From Candidatus Marsarchaeota archaeon (GTDB lineage: Archaea; Micrarchaeota; Micrarchaeia; Micrarchaeales; CABMGC01), in contig JAMCSX010000009.1 in NCBI GenBank assembly GCA_023379055.1, positions 10,625 to 74,624 of the forward strand: a DNA stretch of 64,000 nt. The letters are read 5' to 3'. The position numbers were made by a program, and so were the translations under genes. Of this stretch, positions 44,803 to 54,487 are shown piece after piece (position 1 is the stretch's first letter; each line of letters begins with the position of its first letter). The notes under the pieces were generated by a model that was given only the letters and a program-made list of their open reading frames with translations, had not been told where the DNA came from and did not search any database.

Positions 44803-45858
44803 ATGGACATAAATACGAAGCTTGACCTGATCAAATCCGAGCCCACAGAGGAGATAATAACAGATGACAGGCTCAGACATCTGCTTGAGACAAACAGCCG
44901 CCCAAAGCACTACATAGGCCTAGAGATAAGCGGAATGCCGCACATAGGTCACGTGCTCGTTGCAGGGAAGAAGATAAATGACCTCGCGAAGGCAGGCGTG
45001 GAGACGCAGATACTTCTTGCTGACTGGCACACCATGGCAAACAACAAGCTTGGCGGTGACTGGGACAGGATACTGAAGGCTGCAAAGTTTTACAAGGAAC
45101 TTTTCAATGAGGTCTGTCCTGGGACAAAGGTCCTTCTTGGTTCCGAAGTATACAAGAACAATGACGATTTCTGGAAGCTTGTGATGCAGATGTCTAGGAG
45201 GGTTACCATGGCACGCGCTACGCGCACGCTCATAATAATGGGAAGGAGCGAGAGGGACACCCTACATGTATCGCAGTATCTATATCCCATAATGCAGTCT
45301 GCCGACATAGAGGCCCTTGACGTCAGCATACCCCATGCTGGCATGGACCAGAGGAAGGTACACATGCTTGCACTCGAGCTGTTCAGGGACATGAAGCTGC
45401 GAGAGATAGTGCCGCTGCATCATCATTTAATGCCGAGCCTGCTTGAGCCTCCAAAGGCGGAAGAGAATGCTGAGAAGGAGGAGATAGTTGCGGCAATGAA
45501 GATGTCAAAGTCCAAACCCGGCTCTGCAGTTCCGATACTTGCTGATGGAGATGAGATAAAGGCAATGATAAGGTCTGCATGGTGTCCTGAAGGCGTAACC
45601 AAAGAAAATCCGCTGCTTCAGCTATGCAGGTATATAATATTCCCGATGAAAGGAGAACTGGGTGTTGAAAGGCCTGCCAGATTCGGAGGGGACACATGTT
45701 ACGTATCCTACGCTACGCTTGAATCCGATTATGCATCCAGGAAACTACATCCAGTAGACCTCAAGGCTGCTGTTGCAAATTCGCTATCTGGAATAACTGA
45801 CCCGATAGTTAAAAAGTTCGGGCCGAGAAAAAATGAGATAATGGGCCTGTTTTCATGA
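44803..45858 (+). CDS. tyrS: Tyrosyl-tRNA synthetase (archaeal type)
   Basis: HIGH (MPHIGH) and KMSKS motifs. YPIMQSAD, GMDQRKVHMLA and KLHPVDLK mirror M. jannaschii TyrR. Confidence 0.85.
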   Translation: MDINTKLDLIKSEPTEEIITDDRLRHLLETNSRPKHYIGLEISGMPHIGHVLVAGKKINDLAKAGVETQILLADWHTMANNKLGGDWDRILKAAKFYKELFNEVCPGTKVLLGSEVYKNNDDFWKLVMQMSRRVTMARATRTLIIMGRSERDTLHVSQYLYPIMQSADIEALDVSIPHAGMDQRKVHMLALELFRDMKLREIVPLHHHLMPSLLEPPKAEENAEKEEIVAAMKMSKSKPGSAVPILADGDEIKAMIRSAWCPEGVTKENPLLQLCRYIIFPMKGELGVERPARFGGDTCYVSYATLESDYASRKLHPVDLKAAVANSLSGITDPIVKKFGPRKNEIMGLFS

Positions 45859-46772
45859 CGTATACGCCGAAAAGAAGGATACTGGTAGTGGGAAAATTGG
45901 GCATGGACCTGTTTGGGCTTGTTGATACATTTCCCAAATACAGGACTAAGGTATTCGGCAGATCGTTCTACATGGCTCCTGGCGGGCTTGCAGGCAACCA
46001 AGCGCTTGCTGCAAGCAGGCTTGGAGGACAGGTGCTGCTCGTAAGCAGGCTTGGCAACGACGAGTTCGGAAAGACGCTGCTAAGGCATCTCGAAAAAGAG
46101 GGCATATCTTCACGATACGTAACCATATCGAAAAACGCGCCTACCGGAACTTCAATAATAATATTGGATAAGAAGCACGAGAATACGATAATCTCTATAC
46201 CGGGGGTAACAAGGCAGTTTTCTGATGCAGACATACGTCCGATCAGGTTTGGCATGGGTGACATAGTTGTAACCCAGCTGGGTGTGCCTCTTAACGTTGT
46301 ATTAAGCCTTTTCAAGAAAGCAAAGATGTCTGGTGCGACTACAATTCTGAACTGCTCCCCGGCAATAAAATGCCCCAAATCTATATTCAGTCTCTCCGAT
46401 TATCTCATCATGAACGAGATAGAGGCGGCGTTCTTCTCAGGAAATGCAATGATATCTGACAGTGCGTCTGTCGCTGAGGGTTATGCGCGCAGGATAAAGT
46501 TGCACGGCAGCCAGACAGTAGTAATAACGCTGGGCGGCAAGGGGTGCATAGCGCTTGCACCTGAAGGTGCAATACGCGCAAAGTCCAAAAAGGTAACGGT
46601 AGTCGATACTACAGGTGCAGGTGACACGTTCCTAGGGGCATTTGCCACAGCACTGTCAAAAGGCATGGCACTCCGCGACATTCTGAAGTTCTCCAACAAG
46701 GCCGCGTCAATCTCAATACAACGGCAGGGAGCGTCATCCTCACCGACATTGAAGGAGATGCACCAAAAATGA
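45855..46772 (+). CDS. PfkB-family carbohydrate kinase (ribokinase-like)
   Basis: GGLAGNQA and DTTGAGDTFLGAF motifs. Confidence 0.8.
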   Translation: MTYTPKRRILVVGKLGMDLFGLVDTFPKYRTKVFGRSFYMAPGGLAGNQALAASRLGGQVLLVSRLGNDEFGKTLLRHLEKEGISSRYVTISKNAPTGTSIIILDKKHENTIISIPGVTRQFSDADIRPIRFGMGDIVVTQLGVPLNVVLSLFKKAKMSGATTILNCSPAIKCPKSIFSLSDYLIMNEIEAAFFSGNAMISDSASVAEGYARRIKLHGSQTVVITLGGKGCIALAPEGAIRAKSKKVTVVDTTGAGDTFLGAFATALSKGMALRDILKFSNKAASISIQRQGASSSPTLKEMHQK

Positions 46773-46832
46773 TGCCTTCTGCATGCACTGATTTTTATTA
46801 CTTTCTGACAATATAGTAGTGGCGATATCATC

Positions 46833-47900
46833 ATGACAGATCAGCTATCCCCAGATGACGAGGAGCTTTTAAGGTTTATTGAATCGGCAAAACCCAAGAT
46901 ATACGTAGTCGGCGCCGGAGGCAGCGGATCCAATACCGCGACAAGGATGTCGGAGCTCAACATCGACGGGGCAACAATAGTGGCGATGAATACAGACGCA
47001 CCACATCTTGCAAGGACAAAATCGCACAGAAAGGTGTTGATAGGCAAGAAAATAACGCGCGGGCTTGGGGCGGGAAGCGACCCGAAGGTAGGGGAGGAGT
47101 CGGCATTGGAGAGCAAGGATGACATACGGCACATGCTTGGGGATTCGCAGCTTGTATTTGTGACATGCGGATTAGGCGGAGGCACAGGCACAGGAGCAGC
47201 ACACATAATAGCACACGAGGCAAAGGAGCTCGGCGCACTCACCATAGGCGTAGTCACCCTGCCATTCTCGAGTGAAGGGAAGATAAGGATGAGAAATGCA
47301 CTTGAGGGGCTTTCAAAGCTCAAAAGGGCCACTGACACCACAATAATAATACCGAACGACAAGCTTCTGTCAGTTGCACCAGACCTTCCGCTGAACATGG
47401 CATTCAAGATAAGCGATGAAATACTTGCAAACGCGACAAAGGGCATAATAGAGATGGTTACAAAGCCAGGGATGGTGAACCTCGACTTTGCAGACCTCAG
47501 GAGTGTACTGAAGGATTCGGGATACGCAGTCATAGGCATGGGGGAGGCAAATGCCACCCAGACTACTGACAGGGCAACAATCGCAATAGAGAACACGCTG
47601 AAGAGCCCACTGCTTGACGTGGATATATCCACCGCAAAGAAGGCATTAGTAAATATAGTTGGCGGGGATGACTTGACGCTGAGGGAGGCGGAGGGAATAT
47701 TCCAGAGCGTCTCAGGCAGGATAAGCGGCGAAGCGCTTCTCAAGTGGGGGGCAAGGATAGAACAGAAGATGCAAAAAAGCTCGCTTAAGGTAATGGTGGT
47801 GCTGGGCGGAGTGGAGTTTCCTGATTATACGGAGGATGGCATAAAACAGAAGGTAGCGGATACGGAGAACATAGACCTTGACAGGATATTCGGGGAATGA
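46833..47900 (+). CDS. ftsZ: Cell division GTPase FtsZ
   Basis: GAGGSGSNT and GLGGGTGTGAA tubulin signature. Confidence 0.9.
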   Translation: MTDQLSPDDEELLRFIESAKPKIYVVGAGGSGSNTATRMSELNIDGATIVAMNTDAPHLARTKSHRKVLIGKKITRGLGAGSDPKVGEESALESKDDIRHMLGDSQLVFVTCGLGGGTGTGAAHIIAHEAKELGALTIGVVTLPFSSEGKIRMRNALEGLSKLKRATDTTIIIPNDKLLSVAPDLPLNMAFKISDEILANATKGIIEMVTKPGMVNLDFADLRSVLKDSGYAVIGMGEANATQTTDRATIAIENTLKSPLLDVDISTAKKALVNIVGGDDLTLREAEGIFQSVSGRISGEALLKWGARIEQKMQKSSLKVMVVLGGVEFPDYTEDGIKQKVADTENIDLDRIFGE

Positions 47901-47901
47901 A

Positions 47902-48096
47902 ATGAACTTAAATCCGCTGCCAAAATTGAAGAGCTTCTACAGCGATTCAAAGCATGTGACCAGTGTAAGCTACAGGCCAGATCTGGAGTCCTTCAAGAGG
48001 ACACTCAAGATAGTGCTGATAGGCATAATAATCTTAGGAATACTTGGATTCGCCATATCCTTCATAATAAACAACCTCATACTCCCTACTTCTTGA
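47902..48096 (+). CDS. secE: Protein translocase subunit SecE/Sec61-gamma
   Basis: 64 aa, single C-terminal TM helix. Lies immediately after ftsZ, as in many archaea. Confidence 0.6.
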   Translation: MNLNPLPKLKSFYSDSKHVTSVSYRPDLESFKRTLKIVLIGIIILGILGFAISFIINNLILPTS

Positions 48097-48893
48097 CGAA
48101 TAAGGATGTAAAGATGAGAATAGAGATAGACTTCACAAGGTCTGCACAGGAAAATGCAGATGCATATTTCAAGCTCTCGAAAAAGATGAAGAAGAAGGCT
48201 GAGGGGGCGGCAGTGGCGATAAAGGACCTAGAGCTCAAGCGGTCACGCATCCTGAAGGAAGGGGCAGAAGCCCAGCAGGTTCCTGCGATAAAGAAAATAG
48301 AGGAAAAGAAGTGGTTTGAGAAGTTCAACTGGTTCGTTGCGAGCGACGGCAGAATGGCAATAGGCGGAAGGAGCGCAATGCAGAACGAGCAGATAAACTC
48401 AAAGCACTTCGAGCCGAATGACCTATTCTTCCATGCAGACGTGTTCGGTGCGTCGGTCGTGGTGCTTAAAGACGGCATGGATGCAAGCCGCGTGGTCAGG
48501 GAGGAGGTTGCGCAGTTCGCGGCATGCTTCTCCAAGGCATGGGAGAACGCAATGGGGTCCGTGAATGTATATGCACTTAAGAGGGAGCAGGTATCCAAGT
48601 CAAAGGAGAAGGGTTCATTGGGCACGGGAAGCTTCCTTCTGGAGGGCGAGAGGGAATGGTTCAAGGGCGTGGCACTGGAGCTTGGCGCGTACAAGACCGA
48701 GGAAGCGCAAAGGCCATCAATAGAGCCAATCTCCACGTGCTTGGCAAAGGGGGTAAGGAGGTTCATCCTGCTTAAGCCTGGGAACACGAAGAAGTCCGAC
48801 GCAGCAAAGGCAATAGCAAAGAAGTTATCATTCAGAGACATAGATTACATAATGCAACATCTGCCGCCAGGATCATTCTCGTTGAAGGAGTAA
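48093..48893 (+). CDS. NFACT-R/DUF814 domain protein (Rqc2/NEMF C-terminal-half homolog)
   Basis: WFEKFNWFVASDGRMAIGGRSAMQNEQINSKHFEPNDLFFHADVFGASVVVLKDG. Confidence 0.65.
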   Translation: MTNKDVKMRIEIDFTRSAQENADAYFKLSKKMKKKAEGAAVAIKDLELKRSRILKEGAEAQQVPAIKKIEEKKWFEKFNWFVASDGRMAIGGRSAMQNEQINSKHFEPNDLFFHADVFGASVVVLKDGMDASRVVREEVAQFAACFSKAWENAMGSVNVYALKREQVSKSKEKGSLGTGSFLLEGEREWFKGVALELGAYKTEEAQRPSIEPISTCLAKGVRRFILLKPGNTKKSDAAKAIAKKLSFRDIDYIMQHLPPGSFSLKE

Positions 48894-48901
48894 GTCTGCA
48901 T

Positions 48902-48960
48902 GTGCTGATGGCATCCCACCACCCATAGATGGTGGGAATTTCCTGCTAACTTTGTTAATC
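48902..48960 (+). repeat. Degenerate copy (F) of the hairpin-plus-box element
   Basis: gtgctgatggcatCCCACCAcccatagaTGGTGGGaatttcctgctaactttgttaatc has the same layout as copies B and C but has diverged. Confidence 0.35.
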
Positions 48961-49031
48961 TTCAGCTGTCCACTGCGCGTTAGACTTCCGAGATTTAGCG
49001 CTGCAAGAGAAAACGGGTAAAAAACCTGGAA

Positions 49032-49568
49032 TTACTTCTTCTCTTTCTTTGCCCTGTCCAGCGCCTTGTTAACAAAGTCCTGCGCCTTTGTCGCATTGTC
49101 CCATCCTTCTACCTTTGCCCATTTGCCCGGCTCTATGCTCTTGTAATAGGAGAAGAAGTGCCCTATGAGCGCCTTTGTGTGTTCTCCCAACCCACCGATA
49201 TCGTTTATTGTTCCATTGTCCGGATCTATCTTTTCTACAGGCACAGCCATTACCTTTGTGTCTATCCCTTCCTCGTCTTTCATCAACAGCACGCCTATCG
49301 GCTTGGACATGACTGTGATGCCAGGCGCGAAAGACTCGCTGCTTATGACCATTATGTCAAGGGGGTCTCCGTCCTCGCCCAATGTGCCAGGTATGAACCC
49401 GTAATTATACGGATAGACCATTGACGTGTGAAGTATCCTGTCAACCTTTATGAATCCTGTCTTCTCGTCGTACTCGTACTTTATGTGACTCCCCTTCGGT
49501 ATCTCAATGAATGCGCGCACCGTTTTTGGTACGTCTTGCCCTGCGTCCAGTTTCAGCATGTTTATCAC
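49032..49568 (-). CDS. ppa: Inorganic pyrophosphatase (family I)
   Basis: EIPKGSHIKYEYD, YPYNYGFIPGTLGEDGDPLDIMV. Confidence 0.9.
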   Translation of the reverse strand: MINMLKLDAGQDVPKTVRAFIEIPKGSHIKYEYDEKTGFIKVDRILHTSMVYPYNYGFIPGTLGEDGDPLDIMVISSESFAPGITVMSKPIGVLLMKDEEGIDTKVMAVPVEKIDPDNGTINDIGGLGEHTKALIGHFFSYYKSIEPGKWAKVEGWDNATKAQDFVNKALDRAKKEKK

Positions 49569-49646
49569 TATCTGATAATGTCCCGAAATATTTAAATAGC
49601 TAATGAGAAGGCTCTGGTTTAAATTCCTTGATGCCTAAAATGAAGC

Positions 49647-51284
49647 ATGTCGACCAAGTATGTAGTTGTCTTAGGCTCCCTCATGAGCGGGCTAGGCAAG
49701 GGAGTGGTTACGTCCTCCATACTAAAGCTCCTGGATTTTCATGGATACAAGGTGCTGCCAGTGAAATTCGATGGATATCTGAACTACGATGCAGGTACGA
49801 TGAATCCGTTCCAGCACGGTGAAGTGTTCGTACTGGATGATAAGAGCGAGGTAGATATGGACTTTGGCATATACGAACGCTTCCTGAACAAGAATCTTAC
49901 CGGGGACCTCTCAATAACCGGCGGAAAGCTCTTCAGCGCAATAACCTCCAAAGAGAGGCAGGGAAGTTATCTTGGGGAGGACATACAGATAATACCACAT
50001 CTTACTGATGATATAATAAGAAGGATAGAGGCGATTGCAAGGTCAAGAAAGCCAGATGTGCTTGTCATAGAGGTGGGCGGGACTGTGGGCGATATAGAGA
50101 ACAGCTACTTCATAGAGGCAATGAGACAGCTCGCGCTTAGGCACGATGTTGCATTCGTCAATCTTACATACATACCAAACCTTGCTGCCGTAAGCGAGCA
50201 GAAGACAAAGCCTGCCCAGATAGGCCTTAGGCTTCTTCTTCAGGCAGGCATAAGGCCGGACTTCCTGATATGCAGGACAAGCACCAAGCTGCTTGAAGCG
50301 ACAAAGGAGAAGCTCGCACTGTTCTCTAACCTGAAGACAGATAATATAATGGATGACCCTGACCTGACCACGCTGTATCAGCTGCCCCTCAGGCTGAAGG
50401 AGCAGGGGCTTGACAGGCTCCTGATAAAGAAGCTGGATCTGCCCAAGAAGAAGGAAGACATGCGCAAGGTATCAGAATGGAGGAATAGAGTAGGAAGGAT
50501 AATAAACCCTACCGGCGGGCTGAACGTTGCAGTAGTGGGCAAATACACCTCCATGAGGGACTCGTATGCAAGCGTAAAGGAGGCCCTCATACATGCGGGT
50601 TCCGCAGAGAATACGCAGATAAACATAAGGTGGGTAGAGTCCTCTGATTACGAATCAAAGAGTCCTGACTACAGCAAGGTCGATGATATAGACGCGATGG
50701 TCGTGACTGGCGGATTCGGCAAACGTGGAATTGAAGGAATGATAAACTTGATAAGGTATGCCAGAGAGCGCCGCATGCCGTATCTTGGCCTGTGCCTTGG
50801 GATGCAGCTCATGGCTGTGGAATATGCAAGGAATATATGCGGAATGGAGGACGCAAATTCGTCAGAATTCAACGGCAATTCAAAATACAAGGTGATAGAC
50901 CTCCTTCCCTGGCAGAAAAGGGTGCGCAACAAGGGTGGCACCATGAGGCTCGGGGCACAGGAATGCAGGATAGTCGAAAGGAAGTCGTACACATTCGACG
51001 CGTATAAGAAAAATATGATAAGCGAGAGGCACAGGCACAGATACGAGTTCAACAACAAGTACCTGAAGGCGCTAAAATCCAAAGGGCTCAGGTTCACGGG
51101 TTTCACAAGGGACAGGAAGCTTGTAGAGTTCATAGAGTGGCCGCAGGGATTCGGAATAGGCACGCAGTCCCATCCGGAACTAAGGTCAAGGCTTGAGTCG
51201 CCAGCACCAACATTCGTGGAGCTGGTCAGGGCTGCGAAGAAGAGACACAGCGGATTAATGCAAGTAGAAAATAAGCTTAAGTAA
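49647..51284 (+). CDS. pyrG: CTP synthase
   Basis: SLMSGLGKGV, EVGGTVGDIE, GLCLGMQ glutaminase Cys, RHRHRYEFN. Confidence 0.95.
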   Translation: MSTKYVVVLGSLMSGLGKGVVTSSILKLLDFHGYKVLPVKFDGYLNYDAGTMNPFQHGEVFVLDDKSEVDMDFGIYERFLNKNLTGDLSITGGKLFSAITSKERQGSYLGEDIQIIPHLTDDIIRRIEAIARSRKPDVLVIEVGGTVGDIENSYFIEAMRQLALRHDVAFVNLTYIPNLAAVSEQKTKPAQIGLRLLLQAGIRPDFLICRTSTKLLEATKEKLALFSNLKTDNIMDDPDLTTLYQLPLRLKEQGLDRLLIKKLDLPKKKEDMRKVSEWRNRVGRIINPTGGLNVAVVGKYTSMRDSYASVKEALIHAGSAENTQINIRWVESSDYESKSPDYSKVDDIDAMVVTGGFGKRGIEGMINLIRYARERRMPYLGLCLGMQLMAVEYARNICGMEDANSSEFNGNSKYKVIDLLPWQKRVRNKGGTMRLGAQECRIVERKSYTFDAYKKNMISERHRHRYEFNNKYLKALKSKGLRFTGFTRDRKLVEFIEWPQGFGIGTQSHPELRSRLESPAPTFVELVRAAKKRHSGLMQVENKLK

Positions 51285-51981
51285 AGAAGGATTCAAAGAG
51301 AAGTATGCCCTGCCTGAATCCTGCCTTCGATGTGCCATGGCTCCTGAGCCCAAATTGGTACGGGACCTCGCAGATGTTTATGCTGTTGTGGCGCACGGAC
51401 TTCAGGAAGTCGAAGAGCACCTTGTACCCGCCGCCCACGAACCTGTTCCTGTTTCCGTTGTACACCCTTGCGAAAAGCCTCCGGTCTATGCCGAAGAATC
51501 CGGAGAATATATCTCTGGGCCTCTCTCCGCCCTTTACGGCAAGCGCAGCATATCCCACCAGTATCAGTGTCTTCGATATAATTTTCCTGTGCAATGCCCA
51601 ACCCTTCACGCTTGCACGCGTAGCTACGACCAGGTCCCTGCCCCTGACAAGCTCCAGTGCCATCTCTTTTATTGTGCCAGTGGGGTGCTGCATATCAGCA
51701 TCCATCACTATGGCAAATCTTGTCGTTGATTTTATTATTCCATCTGCAACGCTTGCCGTAAGTCCCTTCTCAACCCCACTTTTCGACCTGTCAAGAAATC
51801 TTACGTTGCCGTTTCCTCCCGATGCTGCGGATACTATCGACTTCGTCATGTCAGTAGACCCATCATCAACAACAATTATGCGTATGCCAGGATATGACTT
51901 CGCAAGCCTTCTTATCAGCGTGCCAACTGTTTTCGCCTCGTTCAATGTAGGCAACACAACAGTGAAGTTCCCGTAATTCAT
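51277..51981 (-). CDS. GT2 glycosyltransferase (dolichyl-phosphate hexosyltransferase-like)
   Basis: TVVLPTLNEAKT..IRIIVVDDGSTD..DADMQH. Confidence 0.8.
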   Translation of the reverse strand: MNYGNFTVVLPTLNEAKTVGTLIRRLAKSYPGIRIIVVDDGSTDMTKSIVSAASGGNGNVRFLDRSKSGVEKGLTASVADGIIKSTTRFAIVMDADMQHPTGTIKEMALELVRGRDLVVATRASVKGWALHRKIISKTLILVGYAALAVKGGERPRDIFSGFFGIDRRLFARVYNGNRNRFVGGGYKVLFDFLKSVRHNSINICEVPYQFGLRSHGTSKAGFRQGILLFESFFT

Positions 51982-51990
51982 GATGACAGA

Positions 51991-53604
51991 TTATACCCTG
52001 ACACTTATAAATAACCTATGCAGGTATTGTGCATATCCAAGGAACGGACCGAGTACCACGTTTATCCTCCCCAATCCCGATGCCGCATGCCTCATGCTTA
52101 TTAGGTCACCTTCGTTGACAGCTCCGAACAGGACAAGTATGGGAGGATATATCGCTACCGCCTCAAGGAGACCCAGGACTATGTAGATTATGTAGTCCAG
52201 TGTTGCAAATCCAATATTCAGAAATGTCATACTCAATCCCAACAGCACTGCCATTATTATGGCAAATACTATGTTGCTAGAGTAGAGCCGGGCAAGTTTC
52301 TTGAACTCGAATCGTATGCTATACAGCTTCTTGGCGTACCTTTCGAACAGCACTGCCTCAATAATGTTGCCGACGAAGAATATGATGATTATGGCTCCGA
52401 CGATCTTCTCTGAAGGCACAAAGGCCAGCATGAGGGCGAGCTGGAAGAATGCGGATATGAAGTTTATCTTCATGACGCTCTTTGTATAGCCTCCAGATAT
52501 CAGAAGGTTGCTTAGGTATAGCCCAAATAATCCTATGGCAGTGCCCAGGGCTATAAGCGTAAGGTAAAGCGGCGCGCTGGTGAAATTCTGGCCAACTAGC
52601 AGGTTTAATCCAGGTCCTGCCATTACTCCAATAAAGAGTACGAACGGAAGCATTGGGAGCAGCGCAAAGTGTATTATCATGTTGTATATCCTGTTCAGCT
52701 CCTGCTCCGACGCCATCGACTTGGCAGTGCTGAATACTGGGAGCAGGCCGCTTCCAAAGGCGCTGTGTATCATCGCAAGAAGCGCCAGCCCTTTCAATGC
52801 GACGCCGTAATTTCCAAGCGCTGCGGTGGTCACGTAAAGCCCGAGAAAGAGCACCGAGAAGTTCTGCATGCCGGTATTCAGCAGGTTTGTGGTAGCTATC
52901 GGCCATACGAAGGAGAATATGCCCCTGAGCTCGGCTTTTGTTGGTATTATTATTCTGAACTTGCAATACTTTGACATGGCTATATATATGAGATAGACGC
53001 CGAACAGCGCACCGAATATGTAGCCTATCAGCATTGCCGAGACTGCACCTATGACGCCGAACTTTAGGGTCAGCACTATGCTGAGCAGAAGCTGGATAAT
53101 GTCCACGGTTACAGTGAGTATTGACGCAAGGCCTGACCTTGAGAACCCTATTAGAGCCCCAAATGCTGCGCCATTCATCATGCTGGATAATATGGTTCCG
53201 GATACCACTATGAGTATAATCTGGCTTATGCCGACATGCCCGAAAGCACCAGCGACGTATCCGCTTATTGACATGCCAAGCAATGTGAGGATAATGCCCA
53301 CGGTCCCAGCTATTGCATAGCCCCCGAAAAGCGACCTGAGTATCCCTTCGCCGTCATTCTTGTACGCGAGCCTTGACAGCATGCTGCTGAAGTACGCACC
53401 GATCCCAAATGCAAGGAATCCGTTGACAAGTGCAGAAAATCCAAATGCAAAGGTGTAGATGCCGTAGCTCGACGGCCCAAGAATTCTTGCGACTATTATG
53501 AAAGTGAGTGCAGTAAGAACCACGCTAAAGCCCTGACCAACAAATAACGGATAGAGTAGCCTGGCAGCTCTCATGCCTATCCTATCTTCGCTAGATCCTT
53601 CCAT
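51991..53604 (-). CDS. MOP-superfamily polysaccharide flippase (Wzx-like)
   Basis: About 14 TM helices. The track start at 53643 reads through repeat copy C, so the ATG at 53604 (or 53574) is preferred. Confidence 0.7.
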   Translation of the reverse strand: MEGSSEDRIGMRAARLLYPLFVGQGFSVVLTALTFIIVARILGPSSYGIYTFAFGFSALVNGFLAFGIGAYFSSMLSRLAYKNDGEGILRSLFGGYAIAGTVGIILTLLGMSISGYVAGAFGHVGISQIILIVVSGTILSSMMNGAAFGALIGFSRSGLASILTVTVDIIQLLLSIVLTLKFGVIGAVSAMLIGYIFGALFGVYLIYIAMSKYCKFRIIIPTKAELRGIFSFVWPIATTNLLNTGMQNFSVLFLGLYVTTAALGNYGVALKGLALLAMIHSAFGSGLLPVFSTAKSMASEQELNRIYNMIIHFALLPMLPFVLFIGVMAGPGLNLLVGQNFTSAPLYLTLIALGTAIGLFGLYLSNLLISGGYTKSVMKINFISAFFQLALMLAFVPSEKIVGAIIIIFFVGNIIEAVLFERYAKKLYSIRFEFKKLARLYSSNIVFAIIMAVLLGLSMTFLNIGFATLDYIIYIVLGLLEAVAIYPPILVLFGAVNEGDLISMRHAASGLGRINVVLGPFLGYAQYLHRLFISVRV

Positions 53605-53628
53605 CGTCCAACCTAGAACCTTATCCTT

Positions 53629-53687
53629 GTGACTTCCTCCCACCCGTAAACGGCGTGGGCTTCCAATGGTGTCTTTTTGATTGATAA
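53629..53687 (+). repeat. Copy C of the conserved hairpin + GGCTTCC..TTTTTGATTG element
   Basis: gtgacttcctcccacccgtaaacggcgtgggcttccaatggtgtctttttgattgataa. Confidence 0.9.
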
Positions 53688-53719
53688 AGATTAATAATTG
53701 TGGTATATTCCTCGGGCTA

Positions 53720-54406
53720 TCAAAGCTCTTTTCTAAGCTTCATTATCGCACCGAAGAAATACAGGAAGTCCGTCCTTCCGACCTTTGTGCTGTCTCCCTC
53801 CCTCCACACCACAGGCATTTCATACGGCACTATGCCTCTCCTCTGAGCCCTGACCAGTATCTCCGAATCAAAGAACCACCGATTGTCATGCACTTCCTTT
53901 ACCGCCTTTCTTATGTACCTGCCATCCCAGAACTTGAATCCGCACTGATGGTCGCTTATTCTTGAACCTAGGAATATCCGCATCATAAGATTGAAGAGCA
54001 TGCTCTCCGCAAGCCTTGACCTGCTCCTCTCCGTAGACGCGCCCTTCGCGTATCTGGAGCCCAGCACTATCGGGTTTCCCTCTTCAACCTTCTTCACAGC
54101 CATCTCCACGTATCTCAGGGGCACTGCGAGGTCTATATCCATATAGCCTATGACATCGCCTTTTGCAACAGATATCGCATTGCAGATCGCACCCCCCTTC
54201 CCTATCCTTCTTCTTCTTGAGATAAGCCTAACGTTCCTTAATCTGGCAAAGTTCATCGCTATCTTTTTGCTGCAATCATAGGACCCATCTTCTGCTATTA
54301 TTATCTCCGCGTCCCTATGTCTGACCACCTTATTGTATATAGGCATGAAGTTTCTTTTCAACTCTTCACATCCGTTATAAACAGGGAGTATAAGGCTGAG
54401 TCTCAT
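53720..54406 (-). CDS. GT2 glycosyltransferase
   Basis: LSLILPVYNGCEEL..EIIIAEDGSYD..MDIDL. Confidence 0.8.
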   Translation of the reverse strand: MRLSLILPVYNGCEELKRNFMPIYNKVVRHRDAEIIIAEDGSYDCSKKIAMNFARLRNVRLISRRRRIGKGGAICNAISVAKGDVIGYMDIDLAVPLRYVEMAVKKVEEGNPIVLGSRYAKGASTERSRSRLAESMLFNLMMRIFLGSRISDHQCGFKFWDGRYIRKAVKEVHDNRWFFDSEILVRAQRRGIVPYEMPVVWREGDSTKVGRTDFLYFFGAIMKLRKEL

Positions 54407-54487
54407 GGTACCACAGATTACCTCATAGATTATATACGTGGGTTTTTATAATAGAGAGTTCAATAAAAATTCTGTTTCAGTCTTCAG

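Noticed and set aside
46841-47743. 300-aa minus-strand ORF antisense to ftsZ. Similar long antisense ORFs: 40692-41633, 48086-48841, 19472-20284, 51305-51976, 58046-58606, 59498-60091 and 371-916.
   Set aside because: Each lies fully inside a gene with strong family signatures on the other strand. Their translations are low-complexity (Ser/Pro/Leu/Ala-rich) with no motifs. They are typical shadow ORFs.
47902-48893. Expected nusG after ftsZ-secE.
   Set aside because: The gene after secE has a clear NFACT-R/DUF814 signature and no KOW motif. This is a synteny difference, not a mis-annotated nusG.
53605-53643. Upstream extension of the flippase ORF (MGGSHKDKVLGWT).
   Set aside because: It is translated from repeat copy C and its flank. 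The same nucleotides occur in non-coding contexts elsewhere.
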